Assembly (NCBI GenBank): GCA_026025075.1
Contig: JAPEUI010000123.1
Coordinates: 1 to 47,040, forward strand
Direction of reading: 5' to 3'
Source: Vezdaea acicularis
Lineage: Eukaryota
DNA: 47,040 nucleotides
Below the pieces are notes generated by a model. That model worked only from the letters and a program-made list of their open reading frames with translations. It was not told the origin of the DNA and did not search any database. Made by a program: the position numbers and the translations under genes. Shown piece by piece: positions 32,794 to 44,688 of the stretch (positions within the stretch are counted from its first letter, which is position 1; every line of letters starts with the position of its first letter).

Positions 32794-34820
32794 ATGTCAG
32801 CAGCGGTAGCGACGAGATCGCAACTCTCAACCTCTACAACCAGAATGGGCAATAAGTCACCGGCGGACAATAAGAAGAATGCAGCAGTGAAAGCTGAAGG
32901 TATTGTCGCCCTCCTGACTTCCCCTTCTGATGGCTACACGATCCTCAATCCAATATTTTAACCTCCCATCGCCACTTCGAGATTGTTTTGCGATCGACCT
33001 TGGGTAGAAGTGTACGTCGCTGACTTGGTCACAATGCAGAAACTACCAAAAGAGACGTTCCGTTGCAGCCGACAGGCAGTTCAAAGTCATTGTCAACCGA
33101 GGCAGGTATGCATCCACCAAATCCCCGTAAAGGTCGAGGTCAACTTAGTAACACGAAGTTCCTTAAAACAGCCTCAGTCGTGAAGCCTCAGCTTGACGAA
33201 GATAATAAAGATAAAATTACATCCAATGCGGATGCCTCACAGCCACTCGCCCCACCACCTCGACCATCGCAACACAATTCGACAGATACACCAGATTATT
33301 TCTCTGGCGCCCACAGCAGTAGTCATTTCTCCCTCGAACCAAATCCATTCGAACAGTCGTTTGGAAACCCATCGACAGAAACGCCCGGAAAATCTCTGCT
33401 ACCACCACTTGCATCACTCACATCACCTGCATCGCTCGTGCCCGGAGGAAACTCGGCTGGAGGTTTCAACTGGCCTAACTCCTTAAGGTCTGGCCCGTTG
33501 AGCCCAGCTATGCTGACAGGCCCCACCGGCACAAGTGACTACTTTGACGGACACTTGAGAGGTGGCTTTCCCACTCCTAACGAGTCTTCCCTTCGAACCG
33601 GCCTCACACCAGGTGGTGGCGGGTCGATGTTCCCAGCGCCGTCTCCCAACTCACAGGCATTGTTCAATCAACTCGCGAGTGGTGGTGCTACGCCCAGTAC
33701 TCTAGAATTTCACAGGACTGCGATGAACGCAGCGGCAGTACAAAAACAAGAACTAACACAGTACAGCCAGGCGCAAGCTAACGCCTCACAGGCTGAAGAG
33801 GTACAGCACGACACAAAGATGGATGTCAAGGCTCCGCAGGAGCAGAATGCCAGTCATACCAACCCGTTCGGACAACCTGATTCCGATGCTGCCAATTCAT
33901 TGTATCTACTTGCGCAAGCTCGAAACAATGGAGCTGATACTCAAAGTCATTACATTCCGGCAAATCAACAATCTACAACGCAAATCCAACCCAATACCAC
34001 ACAACCTCAGGACACTCCACCCACACGTACTAAACGGAATGCAAGGAACGCAACGGGCTCTTTGGGAAGCATCTCGGGCTCCGCTGGAGGTATGAGCTTG
34101 GAGAGTGGAGATTTCTCTGGTAGTGAGATCAGCGAGCAGACTAAGCCCAACACTCGAAACAAAGGAAGGAAGTCCAACTCGGCTGCAAAAGGAAACCAAG
34201 CGGCTAGCAACGGACGACGAAAAGCAGAAGAGACGCCAAGCAAACCACCCGCAAGTAAAAAGGCCAAGGGCAATAGCGGTATCTCGCAGTTTGAGCAACC
34301 CCCAGATTCAGATGAAGAGGAGGAGGAAGAAAAGATGGAGCACGAGAACGGCAGGAAAATGACGGATGAAGAGAAGAGAAAGAACTTCTTAGAGAGAAAC
34401 CGGTATTGGTCCTCGAGCACAAATATAATTTTTCAGTTCGCTAACGTACTATAGTGTCGCCGCTTTGAAGTGTAGGCAGCGCAAGAAACAATGGCTAGCA
34501 AATCTGCAGGCCAAAGTTGAAATCTTTAGTGGAGAGAACGACGCGCTTAGTGCTCAGGTCTCGCAGCTTCGAGAGGAAATTGTTAACCTTAAAACTTTAT
34601 TGTTGGCTCATAAAGATTGCCCAGTATCGCAAGCCCAGGGGCTTGGAGGTATGGCCATGAATAGTCTAGCAGGCGACTTCAACCACCATGCGAATCCTTA
34701 TGGGATGGCGATGACCAATGGAGGACAAATGGTGGCAGGCCAGGGAATGCAGAGAAGGTAAGAATATGAGATCAATATAGTTCTACACGTCAAGCTCCAT
34801 CCTGACTCCACCTTAGATGA
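32794..34820 (+). CDS. atf1: Atf1/AtfA-type bZIP transcription factor (about 569 aa)
   Basis: Exons 32794-32899, 33040-33105, 33172-34402, 34455-34757, 34817-34820 (1710 nt). Aft1 domains LEPNPFEQSF, LRSGPLSPAML and FPTPNESSLRTGLTPGG; bZIP EEKRKNFLERNRVAALKCRQRKKQW. Confidence 0.93.
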
Positions 34821-34882
34821 TGAACTTTCAAATGGCTGGATCCAGTAATGTATTAAATGATAAGATGACCTCAGCTCTACAT

Positions 34883-34911
34883 CATCGGCTCACATCGGCT
34901 CACATCGGCTC
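34883..34911 (+). repeat. 10-nt tandem repeat (CACATCGGCT, about 3 copies) in the atf1 3' region
   Basis: catcggct-cacatcggct-cacatcggct-c. Confidence 0.85.
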
Positions 34912-36057
34912 GGAATATTCACCATACGATAACCAAAATGTGAATTTCCACACCAGAAATGTGCATAGTGTTACAGATGTCAGCTAGCTACCTCTTGTTC
35001 CCTTCTCTCAACATCATGGCTCGGCGCGTTTGCTGCACTTGACCTCAGGCGCTCCCGCATCCTTCGGTCGGCGCCACTTAACTATTTCCTTGTTTCCCAC
35101 CAAACCTTGTATACATGAATGTATCAAGCGTCCCCAAGAGTGATGACTGGCGGCTCGCACACAATCTGGTATGGATATGCTCCTAAAAATGTTTCTCAAA
35201 CTGAAGAGCGCAAGTGGAGGCTTCTTGTACATATGCTTGAAGGAAGCTGGTGTAGGCTTTGTAAGTAGGAGGCTGCGTTTACATAGGCGTTGTGAGAGAG
35301 GATGAGAAATTTGATGGAAAGGTAGATGAATGTGGTACACAGTAGTAGCAGGACTATACAGTCTATCATCCAAACTCGCTCCATTGTAGTGCGTGCATAT
35401 TTCTCTAAGGGCTTTGGAGAACACGTCCTTGAGCCGTTGTCAGATTTCGTCGCTCGATCAATAACCTGTAGTACTTTTTTTTACAGTTACTCGAGAAAGA
35501 TAAAAGCGGTGAAGGTCACAGTGTCGGCTGACAGGGCTCCAGACCTCAGCTGAGTCGAAATCGTCTGACCGTAGACCTCCTGTATCACGTTTTCATTCAC
35601 CCCTGAAACACCCTTGACTCGATTTTCAGGAGATCAGGGGTAGCCGCAGGATGTCAGAATAGCGTCAGTCCCGCTCTAGACTAGCTCTTGCAAACCTCAT
35701 GTATCACGATGATGACTGTATCAAGGCGAGTTGATATCAGGAACCAAAAGCGCAAATCCTTAAATATCCCAATGAAGAGTTTTCTTCGCTGACAGGCGGG
35801 GGTCCTGCTGGGAAAAGGTCTTGGCTTCCACAAACGGGCGTTCGACGATGCAAGCCACAGAACATGTTGTCCGTCGACTGCGCCTCTCACGCTAAACGCC
35901 ACATTTCAGCCACCACCAGCGGGCGCCATCCCCAAACACGCTCCCCCGCCAAACCCCTGCGACGAACCGCGTCAAGAAAAGTTCACCTTGACCAAACGAA
36001 CCAACTAGCCACCCACAAGCATCCCGCGCATGACTGCAAATCCCAGGAAATGCGGCC

Positions 36058-39025
36058 ATGGCGAGCGATCGAGCCGAACGAATTGAGAATGCGTTGTTGG
36101 AGTTGATTGACTCTCATATTCTGCCCTACGAGGGAGAAGATGAGGAGGAGCTTGAGAATCGACGCGATGATGCGGTCGTCTCTGCAAAGGAGATATTGGA
36201 TAGGTCGGTGTTCGCGCAATGGGGACTTTATGGGAAATGCTCATATGTAAAATTAGTCGTGCGACTCCAGTAGTCTCAGATATCAATCATGCAGCCGATC
36301 TCATCAAACGGAAGCGTAAGAAGCTGCCCTTTTTGGCGTGAACAAGCCAGAAATGGGAGCTTACTAATAGGAGTAAAATGTTGCAGTCGTAAGAGAGAAC
36401 TCGTCACCAGAAAAGGCGCTGCGCTTCACGAATCTATATAACCGCCTCCTTACCCAACCCGTGCTCTCCCAAAAGTGGGCGATCCTCTATCTACTTCACA
36501 AGCTTTCAGGCCCGGAAACTAGGGACGTCGTTTCGTCACCTACACGTCTTGGCGCCCGAGCGGCTACACCATATGAAGATGGAGCAAGCTCGTCTGCTGA
36601 AGAGCAGGAGCCCGTACGTCGTAGCTCGGCCAACCGTCACAAAGGTCAAAGTCAAGAGGAGCCAGCATTCGCCGATGCTTTTTCATCTAAGGGGCTGCAG
36701 CCCTTACCCACACGCGAAGGCGGGCAGCGCGATCGACAGCAGGTTGAGGATCAGTTCAGCAAAGTCTACGGCAATGGCAAGGCACAATCCAAGGGTACGG
36801 ATACAAAACCGTCTTTACTGGCGGAGAGCCACATGTTGCAAAACCCACCAGAGAGTACCCTATTACGGGACCTCCCGTTCACATTACAGGGACTGTCAAC
36901 AAAGAACCTGTCGTTCTCCACTGGCCCATCTCTGAAACTTCCTACGACCCTCCCTATTCCAGTCATTTCGCTTCTACATACCCTCGCTGAACCCTCTCTC
37001 TTATACCGCGGACTATCAGAGTTTGTGCAATCTTCGGACGGTGGATTGATAGGGCAAAGCCTTCGAGCCGCTATTGGCGGTGAGCTGCGCTCATATTTAG
37101 GCCTTGTCGCAACGCTGGAAGGCGAGATTCGCAGGGCTCTCGCTTTGCTCGACGAAAAGGATGCACGAGTCGGCATTGGGAAGACGGGAGTGACCCTCAA
37201 GAGATGCGTTGTTTGGACACGAGAAGCCACTATGGGTTTAAGATTAATGAGTGTTATTGTTGAAGAGTCTAGTAGTAAGCACTTGAATACATCTTGCTCA
37301 TCGCGCGCCGGGTCCTAACCGTACGCAGCCAAAAAGGGGGGCCAGATAATATCTTTGATCCATGGTTTCTCGTCATCGCATGGCGATCCATTCGTTGGCG
37401 CTTTTGCTGAACGACTCCTCTCGCATGTGACACGGCCCTTTTATGATATGCTCCGACAATGGATATACGATGGCGAGCTTTCTGACCCCTTTTTCGAATT
37501 TTTTGTGTCCGAGCAGCAGGCTGGCCAAGCTGCCGAGACGAACGGAGATGGCCGCAGCCGGGGAGGTGCCACCAGCGTTTGGGAAGACAAATACAAGCTT
37601 GACGAATCTATGATCCCGAGTATCATCACTAAAGACTTTGCGGGAAAGGTTTTCTTGATCGGGAAGAGTCTCAACTTCATCCGTTACGGTTGCGGTGATT
37701 CCACGTGGGTGGAAGCTTACTCTAAAGATGCCTCAAAAGAACTACGATATGGGGATACTGCATTGCTGGAGACGTCTATTGATGAAGCGTACAAAACAAC
37801 AATGGCACGGCTGACGCACCTAATGGCGGACAAGTTCAAGCTGTTTGAACATCTGAAAGCGCTCAAGAAATACCTTCTTCTAGGCCAGGGCGATTTCATA
37901 GCCTTGTTGATGGAGTCTCTCGCCTCGAATCTCGATCGACCCACGAATACTCTCTACCGACACAACCTCACGGCCCAGCTCGAGCACGCGATTCGTGGCT
38001 CAAACGCTCAATTCGACTCCCCTGACGTCCTCCGCCGCCTTGACGCTCGCATGTTGGAGTTTAGCCACGGCGAGATAGGCTGGGATGCATTCACACTGGA
38101 GTACAAAATCGACGCCCCCGTCGACGTCGTCGTCAACCAATGGGGCAGCAAGCAATACCTCAAAGTCTTCAATTTCCTCTGGCGCGTCAAGCGCGTCGAA
38201 TTCGCCCTCGGCAGCACCTGGCGCCGCTGCATGACCGGCGCCCGCGGCGTCCTCTCCGCCGTCGCCGACAAAGTGGGGCCGGACTGGAAAATCGCCCGCT
38301 GCTGCATCGCCGAGATGATCCATTTTGTATGCCAGCTCCAGTACTACATCCTCTTCGAAGTGATCGAGTCCAGCTGGGACCAGCTCCAACTCGCCATCTC
38401 CAAGCCTGACTGCACCCTCGACGACCTCATCCAGGCACATACCAAATACCTTAAGGCCATCACGCATAAAGGCCTTCTAGGCTCCGCACGCGCCAATAGC
38501 TCCGCCGAAGACTCCTTTCTTACGCAGCTCCACGGCATTCTGAAAGTCATGCTCGCCTACAAAGACGCCGTCGACGGCCTCTACTCCTTCTCCGTCGCCG
38601 AATTCACGCGCCGCCAGGAAGTCGGCGCTAGGATCGAGTCGAGAACCGCACAGGGCAAATGGGGCATCTCCGAAACCGACGACGCCGAGGACCTCCTCCG
38701 CTCGCCCGACGCCCTTCCCCGCGGGCTCGGCGCCATCAACAGTAGCAGCACCACCAGCACGCCCCTCACAGGGCCCAAGTCGGCGCTGAACGACGAACAA
38801 GTCCTCCCAGCCCTCCGCCAGCGCCTCCAATCCCTCTCCAGCGACTTCAAAGCCCGCCTCAACGTCCTCCTCGGCGATCTCGCATACCAGCCAGACGTCG
38901 ATATGCGCTTTCTCGGCGTGGTCATGAATTTCAATGAGGTCTATCATCCCGTGCGCAAGTCGCGGCGGGAGAGAGATCGGGCGGGACGGTTGGCCAAGAC
39001 GCCGAAGCCTGGGAAGGAGGAATAG
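36058..39025 (+). CDS. SPC98: Gamma-tubulin complex component GCP3/Spc98/Alp6 (about 929 aa)
   Basis: Exons 36058-36203, 36257-36315, 36387-37274, 37329-39025 (2790 nt). HGDPFV, WIYDGELSDPFFEFF, FLIGKSLNFIR, YLLLGQGDF, GWDAFTLEY and YYILFEVIESSW. Confidence 0.93.
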
Positions 39026-39041
39026 GGTATGGGCGGGGAAA

Positions 39042-39186
<145 letters not shown>

Positions 39187-40375
39187 AGGGCGCGATGCTG
39201 GGGAGCTTGTTGGGTGGTTTGGTATGGTGTCGAATGGCATGGCGAGGCGTTCATCTGTGGGAATGGCGGCCGGGGCTTGGTAGCAGGTTGTATTGACAGA
39301 GTGCCGAAGATATTGCGCGGATACTGCATTCTTCGATCCTTCGTCGTTGATGGCAATGATACCAATGGTCATCACCATGTTCTTCTCCTCCATCACATAC
39401 CCAACCTCCCACCACCCCCCTTTCTCCCCGGCTTCTCCACCACATCCCTACGCACCCCCACCCTCCGCAAAACACCCCATCTCCTCTCCATCTCCACCCC
39501 ATCTCCACCCCCATCTCCGTCCCTATCGTATTCCTGCTCGCGCGATCCAAAAACCGAAGGCCCCCTCCCCCCCCCCCGCTTTTGTTCTGGGGCCGTCGTG
39601 TCTCGTATCTTATGTCCTGCTTCGAATACGGGTATGGTGCTAAAAGCCTGACAAACTCCACCGAGCACCGAGTGAGAGGTTTTTCGCCGGTTTGCGGGAC
39701 TTGGGTGCTAGTCGCTACATTCAGCTGGGTAGAGAGGGTAGAGGATGACAGATTGGTCGTTACAGAGCTGGGAAGGGATGTGGGGGGGTGGTGTTATAGT
39801 TGTAATTGTGTGTATCCACGTCACGGTTGTGCCGCGTTAAAAGGAGGTTTTTTTGGAAAAGGGGGGGGGTGGGGGGGTTTAAAAACCATAGTGCGCGCAA
39901 AACCCGGCCTGTTTGATCATCCTGATAGTAACACATGTACAGGTCCACCACTAAATCAATCAATCGTTCAACCAACACACGAAAAATAGCCAATAATAAT
40001 CACTCAGTCACCAAGAACCAGAACAAGCACGAGAAGAGAAGAAACAGGCGCACGATCACAAATCTATTCCACCTCCACAAAATCCCCCCTTCTAGGAAGA
40101 GGGCAGGGCAGGGCAGGGCGGGTGGAAAGATAATCACGAGAAATGCCAAGACGGAGAACAGCCCAAAGATGAGCGAGGCGAGAAAAAGTCAAAAAAAAGC
40201 CAAGATATGCTAGAAACTAGGATAAATGGGATCTAAGAGATACAAAAGAAAAAATGGGGCCATGAACGGCTACGACTCCTCCCCCGACTTTCCTTCCTTG
40301 TAAATGCCAGAATGCCAGAATATAGTGAGAAAAAAGGATGAAAAAAATCCCAGCAGCGCTTCCTGTTCTCGTGCT

Positions 40376-40389
40376 TGTGTGTGTGTGTG
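40376..40389 (+). repeat. Short (TG)n microsatellite
   Basis: About 7 TG units. Confidence 0.7.
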
Positions 40390-40929
40390 AGTAATACCGC
40401 TGTCCTTTACCCCTGCTCGTTCCTCCCTCCAAGTCCCCCAAATCCCCCGCGCTTCCCAGATTATCCAGAACCAACTGAACGAAACGCCTCCAATGCCGCG
40501 AAGAAAACGGAAGGGAAAGATGCAAGAAAAAGAGAAAGAGAAAAGATGGTTGCCAGCAGACCACACTTTACGAAGGGGATGAAAAAAGAGGTCTGAAGGG
40601 GGGTTTTTGTGAGTGTGTGATGGAAAGGTTGAAAGAAGGAAGAAGAAGAAAAGAAAGGGTATGCCGCTTGCAACGCTCAGAATGTAGATGCGGAGATATG
40701 CATGTGGTTGTTTGGTGGTGGTTGAAAGAGAGGAAGGGGGTGGCCCATCCGGAGAAAAAAAGAATGTGGTTCAGGGACCCTCCGCGTGGGAAATCAGGCA
40801 TCGTATGCTGAATAACAAGTGCAGTTTCGATGTTGCAAGTGGTGAATGAGAATGCAGATAAGTTCGCGGAAAGAAAGGTGTGATCAAGGCCTAGATGATC
40901 GTCGAGACCACCATGATCGGTTCCAGCGA

Positions 40930-41669
40930 TCAACGCTGGGCTCGAGAGTAGCTGAGCACGGTATTAGGGGCAGGGTCTTCGTCGATCCAGCGGCCGGCCT
41001 GCCAGTCGGCGGTTCGCAAGTCGGTCAAGATCCGCTCGTCCGATATGCTGTAGAGCTCCTAGAGGAAAAGAGTGAGTGGCTGTCATTGAGTCTTTGCCGG
41101 AGCAGGGACATGAGACTCACGGCGCGCAGTTGATTGTCGACTTGCTGTAAGGCCAGCGCATGACCAGCATGCGCCTTGTGGCCCTGGAGGATGGCTGCTC
41201 GGGAGCTGGCCCATCGGGTCGCGGCCGTGGCGCGGAGGTAGATCCGTTGTGCGAGGAAGCGGCGGACGCTGGCGTCGATCATGATCCTTTTCGACGAAAC
41301 CCCCCCAGTCAGCATCGCAACAAAAGGTGTGCAGTCAGCATCTAATGGAGGTGAAAGGTACCCTTGCAATTGGCCTTTCTCGCCCTCGAGTCCGGCGCCG
41401 CCAGACTGCATGTCGGTGAAGGTGGCGGAGAGGAGCGCCTGCGCGTCATTGGAGCATTGTCGCAGGATCGAGTAGCCTTCTTCGTTGTAGTCTCCGTTCG
41501 AAGGGGTCGCCTGGACCTGCACGATGTAGTGTTGGAGGGTGCGATAGTCATTCATGAGCTCGGCGACTCGGATGGCGCGTCTTTCGTTCTCTGTCCCAGA
41601 TGATTCCGATAAGCACTCCCGACCGAGAGCGGAGGGAAAGGGGAGCCACGACTTACGTCCATCGGCCAT
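40930..41669 (-). CDS. Conserved hypothetical helical fungal protein (178 aa)
   Basis: Exons 41669-41657, 41590-41362, 41286-41121, 41058-40930 (537 nt) give a stop-free frame: MADGQNERRAIRVAELMNDYRTLQHYI...EEGYSILRQC...DASVRRFLAQRIYLRA...AGRWIDEDP. Confidence 0.8.
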
Positions 41670-43054
41670 TGTGCGTGGTAAGAAAAAGGTAATGGAGATG
41701 GTTTGTTTGTACGAAAGAAGGAGATATATGAGACAAAAGAAGATAGAAAGTCAAAGATCAACTCTGATGGGAATTCTGGTTGATCCAAATTGGCAGCGCG
41801 AGGGTTCGGGGTTTAATAAGTAAGGAGAGCCAGCCATGGCACACTGCCCGCGAACTGGTCCTCTGGTGGACGATCATGTTTACCGAACATGGCTGGCTGA
41901 TGGGCGCACTCTTTTTCAGCATCGCATGAGCTACATCAACGAGGGACAATTGCTCGCAGGGCCGGCCAGCACCACTGTTCGGATGATGAAAGTACAGAGA
42001 ACGGACGCTGAAAGAAAAGATGGCGTTGAGGAGCAGCTGCGACCTCCCGCTGGTCCTGCATGAGCATGGGCGACTCCACGGGGGGCTTGAGACTCGGAGC
42101 GGACCTGATGACTGTGTGAAGCTATGGGCAAGCCACTCCCCGGACCTGATGGAAGAGGGCTTGTGCGACCCAGTTTACAGCCGGTGGAGGGATCGAGCTC
42201 ACCAACGGCTCTCACGCGCATCCCATCCCCTGCGTCGTGCTGCGGAACATTATTTCGGTCCCTCACCGGGGGATGATGGCAGCAAGCAGGAGATTATGAC
42301 GGAGTTCCGGGCGGTGATTGGGGGAGAGGACGGGGAGCCGGTGTGGGCCGGAGGGAGCCCCACGGCGAGCGCATGGAAGCGCATTCGTGCGAAGAGTCGG
42401 AAGTCGAAGCGGTCTCGCGCCTCAGCTTTCCTCGGGTGCGCCACAACGCCTAAGCCTCCGCGTGGAGGCCCGCGCTAAGCCCGAAGCGGCCGGCGGACGA
42501 TGGCACCACCACCGCACCTCCACCGCATCGCGACGCATCCCACTACACCACTCAAGCCCTTCCCCCGCGCCTGCATCCTCGTTCCGTGTCCCGTCTGAGC
42601 CGGTAGGGGGGGGAGGGGGGCATGTTCAGCTGAAACACCCACCGTCCCCGCGGTAGACCGACTTCTGAGTTTGTCCCTCCCTCGCAGCGGAAGCGCGAGC
42701 TCTAACTCGATTAGGCGCTTACACATCCCGGCTGTGAACCCCCTCCTTTCAAGCGACAGCCGCCAAGCGCAGTTGGTCGCACGACTCGCGCGTCGTGGCG
42801 CCGCCGAAACCAGATCGCGCCTGTGCTTTCTCACTCCCTCTCTCGCTCTCTTGGGCAAGCCACAGGGTAGGGCTGCACTGAAGCCGCCACAGCTGCGAAC
42901 GCACCCTCCGCCTGGCGCAACCATTCGCCGTTTCATACTAAGCCTCTGCGTGGGAAAAACTGCACGGAGTAGCGCGCTGCACGCAGGGAGGAAAATAGTT
43001 TCGCCTATTGCCGAAGCAGCCGCTTCAGGGACCTGGCGCCGGATCGCAAGGGGA

Positions 43055-43077
43055 GGGGGGGGGGGGGCAGGTAGTCC

Positions 43078-43125
<48 letters not shown>
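43055..43125 (+). repeat. G13 run, 11-nt spacer and C47 run
   Basis: G 43055-43067, CAGGTAGTCCA, C 43079-43125. Confidence 0.9.
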
Positions 43126-43126
<1 letters not shown>

Positions 43127-43288
43127 CACCCAAACCCTAGCCGCATGCTTCACCTGAGCCTGTGGATGCCATCTGCTGGACAGGACGAGCTGTCAGTTGC
43201 AGTCCAAAACGACAGCCGAGCGACGCCACCTTCCGCCACTTGCCCTCCCCTCCACTCGTTGCCTGCGCTCCTCCTCCGCAAGAGCCTC

Positions 43289-44364
43289 CTAGTCCTTCTC
43301 GCTGATAGCCTGCAATCGCTCGTCAATCTCATCTTCCGTGAGCGCCCGGAACTCGTTCTCCACTCCCGGCTTTCCGTCAGCCCGCGGACCTCCCACGATG
43401 CCGACCTCCACCTCCCCCTTTTTGAAGTCGGCGGCCAGGACGAAGCTCAACGTCGTGATTCCAAGCTCCACCACGTCCTCCCAGCTGCCCTCAGCGCATT
43501 CCTTGTTTTTTAGCTTCTTTTCCAGGTAGTTTAGAGCTTCTTGCATCTTCGGGCCCGAGGCTGTCGCTTTGTACCCCACGTAATACCCCGCCGGGTCGCA
43601 CTTGTACAGCTGAGGGCCAAACTCTGAATCGACTGATATTAATGTCGTTGCGACGCCTAGGGGACGCATATATGCCTTGGTATGATCAGCCCATGTTTTT
43701 CAGCAATTGAAGAGTTCAACCAAACGGGATGAATCTAAGGTTGGCATACTCGCTGTGTGTAAACCTGATTTATGTTTGCCAGTCTCTTTGCAAGCACATC
43801 ACAAGGCATTTCATACCCAAACTTGTACTTGAACTCCCCAGCTTCGCCTCGCGCTCGATTGACGGAAGCCCGTGCGTCAGCTATGGAGCCGGTCATGACA
43901 CACCCAACGGAAGGAGAGAGTTTGAAGACATGGGATACAGATGCTGGGTCGATAAGCTTGTCCTAGTTGAAGACAATGTTAGCCCTAGGCCTGCACAAAT
44001 CAACCCTCCGGCCTTGTACGTACTGGTACTTTCTTCTGAGATAAAACCACGGCACAATTCTTCCCTCTTAGCGCTACAGAGGTTATGTTTGCTGCTGTGA
44101 TAGCCTTAAATGCATACTCTGAAGTAGAATCGTATCAGCTTGAATATCCCCAAATTGCAGAAGGCATGCTTCGTCGACACTTGAGGCCATTGACAGAACG
44201 GCGAGGAGGATCAGACGAACCGACTTGATAGAGACGGCCTTGATCCGAGAATATCGTAATGTGCCGGTCAAAACCAGCACTTCCTGCGTGAGTCGGTGCA
44301 TTAGCATCGGACGCTCTCATCAGACGTGTATCACGTCGAGTAGCGGCAAGTAAATACCTGACAT
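43289..44364 (-). CDS. SCL1: 20S proteasome subunit alpha-1 (PSMA6 type; 254 aa)
   Basis: Exons 44364-44358, 44283-44221, 44118-44024, 43962-43750, 43675-43289 (765 nt). [43 protein letters not shown] and [14 protein letters not shown]. Confidence 0.96.
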
Positions 44365-44688
44365 CTTGAAACTTGAATGCAACTAAGTAGACAGCTGGAT
44401 CTAGAATTACAAGTGGCCAGATGTCAAACGGTCTCTTTAACAGGAAGATTTTGTTGCTCAAGAGTATCCGTAAAGACCAGCTTAGATCACAGAGGCAGAC
44501 ACGGACTGTCGCGTCTTGAGCCTCTAGGAAATTTGAGCTAACCTGTATCCGGACTAGCCTGCGGAAGCTAGTCGAGCTGACCAATAACGAACAAGACATC
44601 CCAAAATTTTGAGGTTTTCTTGATCTGTGATGAAAACCTCAAAATCGCAATTACTACCGGCATATAGCGTTAGGCAATCCAGATACCC

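Noticed and set aside
35140..35204. C-box (GTGATGA) and D-box (CTGA) pair resembling a C/D snoRNA
   Set aside because: No terminal stem or recognisable rRNA-complementary guide, and it probably lies in the atf1 3'UTR.
42475..43513. 223-aa and 280-aa ORFs spanning the G/C tracts
   Set aside because: Products of GC-rich homopolymer sequence, partly antisense to SCL1, with no protein-like features.
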